Below, one piece after another: positions 41,442 through 50,933 of a stretch of 64,000 bases of DNA. Each line of letters begins with the position of its first letter. Position 1 is the stretch's first letter. The notes beneath the pieces were generated by a model, which saw only the letters and a program-made list of their open reading frames with translations, was not told where the DNA came from and did no database searches. The stretch is from Verrucomicrobiota bacterium (GTDB lineage Bacteria; Verrucomicrobiota; Verrucomicrobiia; Limisphaerales; CANJSG01). The position numbers and the translations under genes are program-made. Where the stretch lies: assembly GCA_947476875.1 (NCBI GenBank), contig CANJSG010000001.1, positions 25,336 through 89,335 of the forward strand, written 5' to 3'.

Positions 41442-43187
41442 ATGAAACGTCTCTTCCTCTCTTTGACCGTTGTTTGCCTCGCCGTCCTTGCGGGTTGGTT
41501 CCTACGCGGCGTCTGGCATCCGGAATCTGGAATCCGGAATCCATCCCAAGCCTCCACATCCGGCGCCCCGCTCTTCTACCAGTCGCCGATGCATCCGTGG
41601 ATCAAGTCGGACAAACCCGGCAAGTGCACCATCTGCGGCATGGATCTGGCACCCGTCTTCGGTGCCGATAAGGGCCTGGATTCCGGAGCCGGACAGGGCC
41701 TCGTGACGCTGGGCACCAACTCCGTCCAGGCGATCCACGTGGCGACGTCCGAGGCGGCTCGCCGACCGCTGACCCACACGCTGCGCTTCGCCGGCACGAT
41801 CGACGACGACGACACGCGCCATCGCATTCTCTCGGCCTACGTCGACGCGCGCATCGAGCGGCTCCACGTGAACTATCAGGGCGCCGAAGTGACCGAAGGC
41901 CAGCCATTGGCCACGATCTACAGCCCGATGCTTCTCAACGCAGCGCGGGAGTTTCTCACCTTCCGCCGTTCCATGCTTTCGCCGGCGGACGCCGCGACCG
42001 GACATGGGATGGATGCGGCCACGGCCCGGCTACGGGCGCTGGGACTCTCCGCACTGCAGGTCGCGCAACTGCCGAACACCTTCTCGGAAACGAATCTCCT
42101 GTTCGAAATCCTCGCCCCCATGACCGGCACCGTCGTCGCCCGAAACGTCTACGAAGGGCAGTCGGTCAAGGAGGGCGAAAAGATGTTCGAGCTGGCCGAC
42201 TTCACGACCATGTGGCTCAAGCTTGAAGCCTATGAACGCGACCTCGGTTGGCTGCGGCAGGGACAGGTGGTCGAAGTGACTTCCGCCGCATTGCCCGGCC
42301 GCACGTTGTCCGGCCGCGTCGCCTTCATCGACCCGAACTTCGACGAGAAGACCCGCTCCACCAAGGTCCGCGTGGAGATTCCCAATCCACTCATCGAAAC
42401 CGGCGGCGTGCGTCGCCGCGAGATCAGCCACCGCCTGCTGGCCGACGCCCGCGTGACCTCGGTCGCGCCCGAAGTCCTGGCCATCCCGCGCAGTTCCGTC
42501 CTCAACGCCGGCGGCGCTCCAATCGTCTATGTGGAGAAGGGCCCGGCCGCCTACGAGCAACGACGCGTCACGCTCGGCCGTTCGGGGGATGACCTGGTCG
42601 AAGTGCTCGCCGGCGTTTCCGCCGGCGAACGGGTCGTGACCCGGGGCAACCTGCTCATCGACGCGCAGGCGCAGCTCAACTCGGGCGCGGGAACGCCGGA
42701 AAAAACCAAACCGTCCGTTCCGTCCGCGTCCCTCAACGCGGAACAAACGAGCGCCCTGCAAGGCGTGTTCGCAGCTGCGGACAATCTCGCACGCGCGCTC
42801 GCCGCAGACGACCTCACCGCCTTCCAAGCCCACAGCGCAGCTCTCCACACCGTCGTGCCCGCAGCGGCCGACGTCCTGAAAACCATTCCAAGCCTTGCCG
42901 CGCACATCGACGCGGCCAACCGAGCCGCCCACTGGTCGCCGCCCAGTGACATCGCCACCGCCCGCGCCCGCTTCCACGCGTTCGTCACGCCCGTGGTCGA
43001 ACTGGCCAAGCTGACCAGATCGACCGGCGGAACTTCCGCGCCGCGGATCTTCCAGTGTCCGATGACGAAGAAGTCGTTCCCCACCGCTCCCGCCAACGCG
43101 TTCTGGCTCCAACTCGGCGAGGGAACAATCCGCAATCCCTACTTCGGCGCCGAGATGCTCGACTGCGGAACGGAGGTGAAACCGTGA
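41442..43187 (+). CDS. RND periplasmic adaptor, CusB/CzcB-like, with N-terminal heavy-metal-binding domain and DUF3347-like C-terminal extension
   Basis: YQSPMHPWIKSDKPGKCTICGMDL (HMBD), the MFP core (IYSPMLLNAAREF.., ILAPMTGTVVARNV, FIDPNFDEKTRSTKVRVEI), and a C-terminal FQCPMTKK...NPYFGAEMLDCG. Confidence 0.88.
   Translation: MKRLFLSLTVVCLAVLAGWFLRGVWHPESGIRNPSQASTSGAPLFYQSPMHPWIKSDKPGKCTICGMDLAPVFGADKGLDSGAGQGLVTLGTNSVQAIHVATSEAARRPLTHTLRFAGTIDDDDTRHRILSAYVDARIERLHVNYQGAEVTEGQPLATIYSPMLLNAAREFLTFRRSMLSPADAATGHGMDAATARLRALGLSALQVAQLPNTFSETNLLFEILAPMTGTVVARNVYEGQSVKEGEKMFELADFTTMWLKLEAYERDLGWLRQGQVVEVTSAALPGRTLSGRVAFIDPNFDEKTRSTKVRVEIPNPLIETGGVRRREISHRLLADARVTSVAPEVLAIPRSSVLNAGGAPIVYVEKGPAAYEQRRVTLGRSGDDLVEVLAGVSAGERVVTRGNLLIDAQAQLNSGAGTPEKTKPSVPSASLNAEQTSALQGVFAAADNLARALAADDLTAFQAHSAALHTVVPAAADVLKTIPSLAAHIDAANRAAHWSPPSDIATARARFHAFVTPVVELAKLTRSTGGTSAPRIFQCPMTKKSFPTAPANAFWLQLGEGTIRNPYFGAEMLDCGTEVKP
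41520..41542. repeat. Heptanucleotide tandem repeat (CYGGAAT)x3 inside the 5' end of the adaptor gene
   Basis: ccggaat-ctggaat-ccggaat-cc encodes PESGIRNP. At 21 nt, the reading frame is preserved. Confidence 0.8.
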
Positions 43188-46100
43188 TCGCCCGCATCAT
43201 CGAATGGTCGCTCCGGAACCGCTTCCTCGTCGTTTGCGCGACCCTGATCGTGGCGGCGTGGGGCGTGAAGGCGCTCCGCTCCACACCCATCGACGCGATT
43301 CCGGACCTGAGCGAAAACCAGGTCATCGTCTTTGCAGATTGGCCGGGCCGCAGTCCGCAGGAGGTCGAGGACCAGGTGACGTATCCGCTGTCCGTGAACC
43401 TCCAGGGCCTCTCCGGCGTGAAGACGGTGCGGGCGAACTCCATGTTCGGCTTCTCGCTCGTGACCGTGATCTTCGAGGACAAGATCGACAACTATTTCGC
43501 CCGGTCGCGTGTGCTGGAGCGTTTGAACTACCTCGGCAACCTCATGCCGGCCGGAGTGACACCGCTCCTCGGACCGGACGCCACCGGTCTCGGCTGGATC
43601 TACCAGTATTCTCTCGCCGTTGATCCAAGCCTCGCGTTGTCGGGAGGCTATGACCTTGGACAGCTCCGGGCCTTGCAGGACTACTTCGTCCGCTACCAAC
43701 TCCAGAGCGTTCCCGGGGTCGCGGAGGTCGCGAGCGTGGGCGGCTTTGTGAAGCAGTATCAGGTGGAAGTGTCCTCGACGAAGATGCGCGCGGCCGGCGT
43801 GTCCTTGCAGCGCGTGATGGAGGCGGTGAGCCAGGCCAACCTGAACGTGGGCGGCAAGGTCATCGAAGAAAACGGCATGGAGTTCGTCGTGCGCGGCGTC
43901 GGCCTCATCACCAACGCGACGGACATCGAATTGATCGCGGTGGCCGAACGGAACAACACGCCAATCTATCTCCGCGACATCGCCAACATCGAGATCGGCG
44001 GCGACTTCCGGCGGGGTGCGCTCGATGTGGACGGCCAGGAAGCCGTCGGCGGGATCGTGGTCATGCGCACAGGCGAGAACGCCAAGCAGGTGATTGATGC
44101 GGTGAAGGAAAAGATCCGGCAGATCAGCCCCAGCCTGCCGCCCGGCGTGAGCATCAAATCGTTCTACGACCGGTCGGATCTCATCGGCCGGACGATCGAC
44201 ACGCTCCGGGTGGCGCTCGTCGAGGAGATCATCCTCGTGACGCTGGCGCACATCATCTTCCTCTTCCACTTCCGCAGCATCCTCATCGTCACCATCCCGC
44301 TGCCGGTCTCGATCTTGGTGTCGTTCATCCTGATGAACCACTTCGGCATCTCGTCGAACATCATGTCGCTTTCCGGCATCGCCATCGCCATCGGCGTGCT
44401 CGTCGACGCGGGAATCGTGATGACGGAAAACGTCATCCGTCACTGCGAACGGGCGGAGGAAGAAAAAGCGAGCAGGTGGGCAAGGGAGAAAGTGGGCATG
44501 GAAAAAAGTGGGGAGGGCAGCGCGGGAGAAATCCCACCTGCCCGGCTCACCGCCGCCGAAACCTGGCAGATCACCCTCGCCGCCGCCCAGCAGGTCGGCC
44601 GCCCGATCTTCTTCGCGATGGCCATCGTGATCCTGGCTTTCGTGCCCGTGTTCGTGATGGGCGGCCAGGAAGGCAAACTCTTCCACCCGCTCGCGTGGAC
44701 GAAGACCTTCGCGCTCGTCGGCGCCACGTTGATGGCCGTGACCATCGTGCCGGTGCTGTGCTCGCTGCTCGTGCGTGGGCCGTTCCACAGCGAGGACCGC
44801 AACTGGATCATCCGTTTCCTGCTAAAAATCTATGAGCCCGTCCTCGACTGGGCGCTGCGGCGGCGCAAGACCGTGCTGACCCTGGCGGCAGCGATCCTCG
44901 TGTTTTCCCAGGCCATGGCGTGGGGCCTGCCGAAGAGCTGGTTTTCGTCATTGGGCCTGAGTCCCTCGTCACTGCCTGCGCGGCTGTTCGCCGGCTTCGG
45001 CCGCGAATTCATGCCCACGCTGAACGAAGGGTCGCTGCTCTTCATGCCGGTGCTGCTGCCGAGCACGTCGTTGACCGAGGTGAAGCGCATCATGTCGTGG
45101 CAGGACCGCGTCATCCGCGACACGCCCGAGGTGGAGTCCGTCGCCGGCAAACTCGGCCGCGCGGAGACCGCGACCGACCCCGCGCCCGTCGAGATGATCG
45201 AGACGACGATCATGTTGAAGCCCGAATACCTCGCCGATGGTTGGCGCGTGAAACGCAACCCCGCCTGGCGCGACGGCATGACCATCCAGATGCTCAAGGC
45301 CGAACTGGCGCAGAAGCTGACAACCGTGCCCGGCTACGTCCCGGGGTTCCTCCAGCCTATCGAAAACCGCATTCTCATGATCAGCACCGGCATCCGCGCG
45401 CAGGTCGGCGTGAAGATCCTCGGCGACAATCCCGCCGCGCTCCAGGCCAAGGCCTTCGAGGTCGAGAAAGTGGTCCGCGACGTCCGCGGCGCCCTTGGTG
45501 TCGCGGCGTCGCGCGTGCAGGGAAAACCCTACGTCGAGATCCACCTCAAACGTGAAGCCATGGCGCGCTTCGGCCTTTCCGCGCAGGGCGTGCTCGACAT
45601 CGTCGAAGCGGGCATGGGCGGCAAGAACGTCTCCACCACGATCCAGGGCCGGGAACGATTCCCCATCCAGGTGCGGCTCGAACGCAGCGAACGCGACGAC
45701 ATCGAACGGCTGGGCGACGTGCTCGTGACCGCGCCCAACGGCCAGGTGATCCCCCTCGGCCAAGTGGCCGAGATCCGGCGCGTTCTCGGCCCGAGCGAGA
45801 TCGCCAGCGAGAACGGGCGGCTCCGCGTCTTCGTCCAATCCAACGTGCAGGACCGCGACCTCGGCGGCTTCGTCGACGAGGTGAAGGCGCGGCTCAAGCG
45901 CGAGATCGAGCCGGGCCTGATCGGCACGGGAATGACGCTCGAATACAGCGGCCAGTATGAAAACCAGCTCCACGCCGAGAAGACGCTTCTCCTGATCATC
46001 CCCGTCGTTTTGCTGATCATCTTTCTCCTCCTCTACATCACCTACCAGTCCTTCAGCGAAGCCGCCCACGTGCTGCTCGCGGTCCCGTTCGCGCTCAGCG

Positions 46101-46528
46101 GCGGCGTCTTCCTGCAATGGTGGCTGGGCTACAACTTCAGCGTGGCCGTGTGGGTCGGCTACATCGCGCTCTTCGGTATCGCCATCCAGACGGGTGTCGT
46201 GATGGTCGTGTTTCTGGAGGAGATGTTGGCCAAGAAGAAGGCCGAACGCGGCGACGCCTTCAACTCCGCCGACCTCATCCAGGCCGTGAAGGACGGCGCC
46301 CGCCTCCGGCTGCGGCCCAAGGTCATGACCGTGGCCACGACCATTGCCAGCCTGTTGCCAATCATGTGGAGCAGTCGCGCTGGTTCGGAAGTCATGCAAC
46401 CCTTGGCCACGCCCGTGATCGGCGGCGTCCTTAGCAGCCTCGTCCATATCCTCATCGTCACGCCGGTGATCTTCGCGTGGCTACGGGAACGGGAGCTGAA
46501 GAAGAAGCCAACGGTGCCGCTGACTTAA
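43184..46528 (+). CDS. Heavy-metal efflux RND pump, CusA/CzcA family
   Basis: The GTG at 43184 overlaps the adaptor stop (GTGA). N-terminus VIARIIEWSLRNRFLVVCATLIVAAWG..IDAIPDLSENQVIVFADWPGRSPQEVEDQVTYPL. 12 TM helices, about 1,114 aa. Confidence 0.93.
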   Translation: MIARIIEWSLRNRFLVVCATLIVAAWGVKALRSTPIDAIPDLSENQVIVFADWPGRSPQEVEDQVTYPLSVNLQGLSGVKTVRANSMFGFSLVTVIFEDKIDNYFARSRVLERLNYLGNLMPAGVTPLLGPDATGLGWIYQYSLAVDPSLALSGGYDLGQLRALQDYFVRYQLQSVPGVAEVASVGGFVKQYQVEVSSTKMRAAGVSLQRVMEAVSQANLNVGGKVIEENGMEFVVRGVGLITNATDIELIAVAERNNTPIYLRDIANIEIGGDFRRGALDVDGQEAVGGIVVMRTGENAKQVIDAVKEKIRQISPSLPPGVSIKSFYDRSDLIGRTIDTLRVALVEEIILVTLAHIIFLFHFRSILIVTIPLPVSILVSFILMNHFGISSNIMSLSGIAIAIGVLVDAGIVMTENVIRHCERAEEEKASRWAREKVGMEKSGEGSAGEIPPARLTAAETWQITLAAAQQVGRPIFFAMAIVILAFVPVFVMGGQEGKLFHPLAWTKTFALVGATLMAVTIVPVLCSLLVRGPFHSEDRNWIIRFLLKIYEPVLDWALRRRKTVLTLAAAILVFSQAMAWGLPKSWFSSLGLSPSSLPARLFAGFGREFMPTLNEGSLLFMPVLLPSTSLTEVKRIMSWQDRVIRDTPEVESVAGKLGRAETATDPAPVEMIETTIMLKPEYLADGWRVKRNPAWRDGMTIQMLKAELAQKLTTVPGYVPGFLQPIENRILMISTGIRAQVGVKILGDNPAALQAKAFEVEKVVRDVRGALGVAASRVQGKPYVEIHLKREAMARFGLSAQGVLDIVEAGMGGKNVSTTIQGRERFPIQVRLERSERDDIERLGDVLVTAPNGQVIPLGQVAEIRRVLGPSEIASENGRLRVFVQSNVQDRDLGGFVDEVKARLKREIEPGLIGTGMTLEYSGQYENQLHAEKTLLLIIPVVLLIIFLLLYITYQSFSEAAHVLLAVPFALSGGVFLQWWLGYNFSVAVWVGYIALFGIAIQTGVVMVVFLEEMLAKKKAERGDAFNSADLIQAVKDGARLRLRPKVMTVATTIASLLPIMWSSRAGSEVMQPLATPVIGGVLSSLVHILIVTPVIFAWLRERELKKKPTVPLT

Positions 46529-46561
46529 CCATCCGCATCGCCACCTCGGCGCTCTGCCGGA

Positions 46562-47449
46562 TCAGTAGGAGCCGCTCAGGCCGAGCCGCACGTAGGGCGC
46601 TCCGTCGCCGTTGAACTGGAGTTTGCGGTCGTCGTAGACAAACCGGCGGTCGATGACCCAGCCGCCCTCGACTTCAAGCCGGAGCGCCTTCGAAAAGTCA
46701 TAACGCACTCCGCCACCGGCGCGGATCTCACGGTAGGTCAGGCGTTCGCCGTTGAGCGAAGGATCGCCCACGCGCGTGCCGAAGTTGTCGCCCACGGTGT
46801 AGGCGCCACCGGTGAGTTCACCCCCGACGAAGACCGACAGCTTGTCGTCGAACGCATAGGTGACGCTCGGACGCGGCAGGATGAGCGAGACGTTCCATTT
46901 GTCGTCCGGCTTCCACACGGCGCCAATCGCCGGGAGGACGGGGATGTCGCGGCCGGACTGGAAGTTGGCCCCGAACATCAGCTGGAGTTTCGGATTCACA
47001 TCATAGCTGAACACGACGGACACCGGGACGCTGACGTCGTCGCCGGTGATCTCGTCGAAGTCGGAGTAGAGGCCGGGCCGGGCCGACACGGCGACGGCCC
47101 ATTTGTCGGCGAATTTCCAGCGGTTCCCAAACACGAGCGAGACGCCCTGGAGCGTGTTCGGCACCTGCAGGCCCGGAGCGAGGCCGAAGCCCCAACGTTC
47201 GTAGTCGAGGCCGATGCTGTAGGAGTAGGATTCGCTGACCTGGAACCGCGCGCTGTAGCGGAGGCTGAACTCGACCGCATCCATCTCGCCGAGGTTTGCC
47301 GTCCCTCGGGAGATATCGGCGGGTGCGCTGTAGCTGAAGCGGGCACTGTAGGCGCCACCATATGTGGACCCCGGCCCTTCGGCCACCGCCTCGAAGGCCA
47401 GAGTGGAAAGGACGGAGGCGCAGAGCAGCTGTTGGGGGACTCGGTTCAT
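46562..47449 (-). CDS. Outer-membrane beta-barrel protein (DUF6268-like)
   Basis: The ATG at 47449 gives the signal peptide MNRVPQQLLCASVLSTLAFEAVA. The body has an alternating aromatic beta-strand pattern and the C-terminus is ..RLGLSGSY. The upstream part of the track ORF is Arg/Pro-rich and not protein-like. Confidence 0.7.
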   Translation of the reverse strand: MNRVPQQLLCASVLSTLAFEAVAEGPGSTYGGAYSARFSYSAPADISRGTANLGEMDAVEFSLRYSARFQVSESYSYSIGLDYERWGFGLAPGLQVPNTLQGVSLVFGNRWKFADKWAVAVSARPGLYSDFDEITGDDVSVPVSVVFSYDVNPKLQLMFGANFQSGRDIPVLPAIGAVWKPDDKWNVSLILPRPSVTYAFDDKLSVFVGGELTGGAYTVGDNFGTRVGDPSLNGERLTYREIRAGGGVRYDFSKALRLEVEGGWVIDRRFVYDDRKLQFNGDGAPYVRLGLSGSY

Positions 47450-47523
47450 GTGCACGCAAAATGAACCAGGCCGCCGCTCTTGCAAGCGACGGCCTGTAGA
47501 TCGTGCCGGGATTCCTTGGTCGG

Positions 47524-49335
47524 TCAGGCGACGGTGATCGAGTCGATGCGGAGGTTGCGCGTCGTGCCGCCGATCTCGAAGGGGACCACTTCGCCGGCCT
47601 TGCGGTTGAGGAGGGCCTGGCCCATCGGGGTGAGGTAGCTGATGAGGTTCTTGTCCGGATCGCCGTCCCAAGCGCCGAGGATCGAGTAGACTTCGGGGAG
47701 GTTGTTGGCCGTGTCCGTCACGTTGACCTTGGTGCCAAGGCCCACGCTGTCGGTCTTGACGTTGGCGAAGTCGGATCCCTTGGCGCGGGCCAGGTCGATC
47801 TCGAGCTCGGCCTTGCGCCGCATGAGGACGCGCTGCTGTTCCTTGGCCGCCTTGTATTCGTGGTTCTCGCGGAGATCGCCGTAGTCGCGCGCGATGGCGA
47901 TCTCCTCGCGGTTTGCCGGGATCGCCTTCTGCACAAGGGTCGTATACTCGTTCTTGCGGCGTTCAAGGCTCGTCCAAGAGACTTGGATGCTGTTGTCGTG
48001 ACGGGTCTGTTCGCCGGAGATGAGCGACTGGATGGCCGGGTAGGCCTTGACGATGCGGCCGAGGAGCGAGCGCTTGTCCATGTCGTCGAACACGGGTGAA
48101 AGCTGGAGCGAACGGGTGAGGTCCTTGATGACTTCAAGGTCCGAGGAGCCGATCAGGTCGACGATCAGTTCCTGGTCGCTGAGGATGTAGTCGCGGAGCT
48201 TGTTGGAGCGCTTCTCCATGAACTGGTCGCGCTCGATCGCGGTCAGCATGGCGCGGAAGACCTCGGCGTTGAGGATGTCGGCGTAGGAATCGGAGCGTTC
48301 CTTGGCCAGCCAAAGCAGCAGGTCGGAGCTGGCCGAGTGCTGGCTGATGAGGCGGTTCAGGTCGGCCTTGAAGTAGTTGCCCCGATCATGGGCGATCAGC
48401 GTGTAGCCGATTTCACCGGCCAGCTTGGTGGAGACGTTGTTCAGGATCCCGAGGAGCGCCTCCGACCAGACGGGGGTGGATGCCTTGAAGGACAGGAGGG
48501 CCTTGCGCTGCTTGGCGGCGGTGATGTCTTCCAACAGGGAGGCGACGCGGATGGTGTCCTGTTGCCAGAGCGCGGTGGCGGAAAGCTCGCCTTCGGCGGG
48601 GCTGAGCTTGGCGGCCAGAGCGAGTTCGTCGCGGACGAAGATGGCTTCCAACGCGATGGCGGGTTGGGTGCGCTGATGGCTGGTGATGTCCGCGTTGAGC
48701 GAGGCGATGATCTCGGTGGCGAGATCCACTTTGCCGTCGACGTCGTCGAAGCTCTTCAAGGCTTCGGTGACCACGCCCACCCGGATCTTGAGCCCTTTCG
48801 CGGCCTTGAAATCGGCGAGGATGCGGCTGCCAAGAGTCGATTCGCCGGCAGTATAGGTGATCGGGTCGGTCTTTTTGCTGGAGAGCGTGAAGTGGCCGTC
48901 CTTCTTCATCTCGCGCTTGGCGGCTTCCCACCATTTCTTCCAATCGTCGCGGATGACGTCGGGAACGAGCGCCTGCATGACCTGGTCGGGCGTGGCCTTC
49001 CCGCCGTAGCTGTTGAGGACCAGTTTGACGAGGTCGAGGTGGTTCTGCGCGGCGAGCCGGCGGAGGGATTCGATGTCGGAAAGTTTACGGGCGAGGATGT
49101 GGTCGGCGGCGATGGCCTTGAGGGAATCGGCCGCGAAGCTCAGATCCATCGCGTGCCCGGCCTTGCCCTGGAAATCGATCGTGAAGCGCGCGAACACCAG
49201 GTCGACCTCGCTGATGCGGCCGAAACCCCAGCTCTTGTGGACGCAGAAACGCTGCTCCGTCAGCGCGACAAGAGGTTCCACGTGATGCGGCTTGATCTTG
49301 CCGCTTGCCGCCAGTTTCTCAAATTCGTCTCTCAT
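47524..49335 (-). CDS. GreA/GreB-family transcript-cleavage-factor homologue with a ~450-aa N-terminal extension
   Basis: The C-terminal ~150 aa carry the GreA coiled coil and globular domain (IAIARDYGDLRENHEYKAAKEQQRVLMRRKAELE...LISYLTPMGQALLNRKAGEVV). The N-terminal extension begins MRDEFEKLAASGKI..VHKSWGFGRI. Confidence 0.8.
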   Translation of the reverse strand: MRDEFEKLAASGKIKPHHVEPLVALTEQRFCVHKSWGFGRISEVDLVFARFTIDFQGKAGHAMDLSFAADSLKAIAADHILARKLSDIESLRRLAAQNHLDLVKLVLNSYGGKATPDQVMQALVPDVIRDDWKKWWEAAKREMKKDGHFTLSSKKTDPITYTAGESTLGSRILADFKAAKGLKIRVGVVTEALKSFDDVDGKVDLATEIIASLNADITSHQRTQPAIALEAIFVRDELALAAKLSPAEGELSATALWQQDTIRVASLLEDITAAKQRKALLSFKASTPVWSEALLGILNNVSTKLAGEIGYTLIAHDRGNYFKADLNRLISQHSASSDLLLWLAKERSDSYADILNAEVFRAMLTAIERDQFMEKRSNKLRDYILSDQELIVDLIGSSDLEVIKDLTRSLQLSPVFDDMDKRSLLGRIVKAYPAIQSLISGEQTRHDNSIQVSWTSLERRKNEYTTLVQKAIPANREEIAIARDYGDLRENHEYKAAKEQQRVLMRRKAELEIDLARAKGSDFANVKTDSVGLGTKVNVTDTANNLPEVYSILGAWDGDPDKNLISYLTPMGQALLNRKAGEVVPFEIGGTTRNLRIDSITVA

Positions 49336-49388
49336 TGTGCCAAAAATCAAATCTCGCGTTGAACGTCCGGTCTTTAGGTAATACCCGT

Positions 49389-50684
49389 GTGATCGGACAA
49401 AGACCAAGAGAAATTGCCCTGCGCACGCTCCTCGAAGCCCGCGATGGTGGGTTCATCGAGGACGTTCTGGAGACGCATCTGGCGGCGGCGGACCTGCCTG
49501 ACCATGACCGCGGGCTCTGCCGCGAGCTGGTCTTCGGCACCGTCCGGTGGCGCGCCACACTCGACTGGCTCATCTCCCGCCGCACCCAGCACCGGCCCCA
49601 GAAGGCTGCCTTGGAGGAGCTTCTCCGCCTGGGCCTCTACCAGATCTTCTGGCTCGACCGCGTGCCCGATCACGCAGCCGTGCACGAAACGGTCAACCTT
49701 TCGAAGGCAATGGGCCTCGTGTCGCAGGCGGGATTCATCAACGCCGTCCTCCGAGCCAGCCTGCGCGATGGCGAAATCATCCGCGCAGAATTGGCCCGCC
49801 TCCGCAACGAGCAGCCCGCTCTCGGCTGGTCCCAACCCGCATGGCTCGTCGATCGTTGGCTCACGCGCTGGGGTGCGGAAAAGACGGCCGTGCTCCTCGC
49901 CTGGAACAACACGGCCCCCTCCACCTTCGCCCGGCGCAACGCCGTCCATTTCACCGCCGCGGATCTTGAGGAACAGTGGACGGAGGAGGGCGTGAAGGCG
50001 TTGCCGAAGTCGTATCCGTGGGTTGAAGACCAGCTCGTCTACGAACTGGCCAGCCACCCGCCGCTGAGCGAATTGCAGAGCTTCCTCAAGGGCGGCTTCT
50101 ACGTGCAGGACCCGAGCACGCTCCTCGCCGTGGCGGAACTCGATCCCCAGCCCGGCGAACGCATCCTCGACGCCTGCGCCGCGCCCGGCGGCAAGGCCAC
50201 CTACATCGCCCAACGCATGCAGGACAAAGGCGAAGTCATCGCCGAGGACAGCGCCCAAGGACGCCTGGAAACGGTGAAGCAGAACTTCATGCGGCTCGGC
50301 CTCGGCAGCATCACCGCCGTCTGGGCGGATCCGCTGCAAGAAGCGCCCGCAGGCGCACTCTTCGACCGCATTCTCATCGACGCCCCCTGCTCCAACACCG
50401 GCGTCCTTCGCCGTCGTGTGCAGCTGCGTTGGCGCGTGCGGCCGGACGAGATCCTCCGCCTCCGCACAGACCAGCTGCAGATCCTGGAACGTTGTGCGCC
50501 CCGGCTCAGGCCCGGCGGCATCCTCGTCTACAGCACGTGCAGTCTGGAGTCCGAGGAGAACGAAGAGGTGGTCGCGGAGTTCCTCGCCAAACACCCGGAG
50601 TTCACGCTCGAGAACCAACGCGCCCTCACCCCGATGACCGATGGCGTGGACGGCGCCTTCGTGGCGCGGCTGAAAAAGTCGTAG
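49389..50684 (+). CDS. rsmB: 16S rRNA (cytosine-C5)-methyltransferase RsmB/Sun family
   Basis: NusB-like N-terminal domain (REIALRTLLEARDGGFIEDVL). Methyltransferase core (ILDACAAPGGKATYIAQ, ILIDAPCSNTGVLRRR, LVYSTCSLESEENEEVV). I prefer the GTG at 49389 because the track start at 49305 overlaps the divergent GreA-like gene. Confidence 0.88.
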   Translation: MIGQRPREIALRTLLEARDGGFIEDVLETHLAAADLPDHDRGLCRELVFGTVRWRATLDWLISRRTQHRPQKAALEELLRLGLYQIFWLDRVPDHAAVHETVNLSKAMGLVSQAGFINAVLRASLRDGEIIRAELARLRNEQPALGWSQPAWLVDRWLTRWGAEKTAVLLAWNNTAPSTFARRNAVHFTAADLEEQWTEEGVKALPKSYPWVEDQLVYELASHPPLSELQSFLKGGFYVQDPSTLLAVAELDPQPGERILDACAAPGGKATYIAQRMQDKGEVIAEDSAQGRLETVKQNFMRLGLGSITAVWADPLQEAPAGALFDRILIDAPCSNTGVLRRRVQLRWRVRPDEILRLRTDQLQILERCAPRLRPGGILVYSTCSLESEENEEVVAEFLAKHPEFTLENQRALTPMTDGVDGAFVARLKKS

Positions 50685-50699
50685 GCCGGGCGATGGGTG

Positions 50700-50735
50700 G
50701 CACCCCTCGGGCCCGCCCGGTGGGTGCTTTCTTCC
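50700..50735 (+). terminator. Rho-independent terminator after rsmB
   Basis: gcacccctcgggc-cc-gcccggtgggtgc (imperfect 13-bp stem) followed by tttcttcc, 16 nt after the stop. Confidence 0.6.
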
Positions 50736-50933
50736 ATGAAAGAAGCGAACAGCACGCAGACGAGGGCGATTGTTCCGTCGCTCAGATTGCCAATCTGCCT
50801 CATCGCCGAATGGCATTCACCCGGGCCCGTGCGGCTGTGACGCCACATGACGGAGCGCGGCCCTCCGGGCATTGTTTGCGTCGGATTCCTCACGGCCATT
50901 GATCCGCCGTTTCCGTGACGTCACACTGTCCCG

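Noticed and set aside
50915-50924. The palindrome GTGACGTCAC upstream of dnaG, a CRE/CRP-like half-site pair.
   Set aside because: It is a single short palindrome 10 nt before the start codon, with no supporting context. It is too likely to occur by chance to call a binding site.
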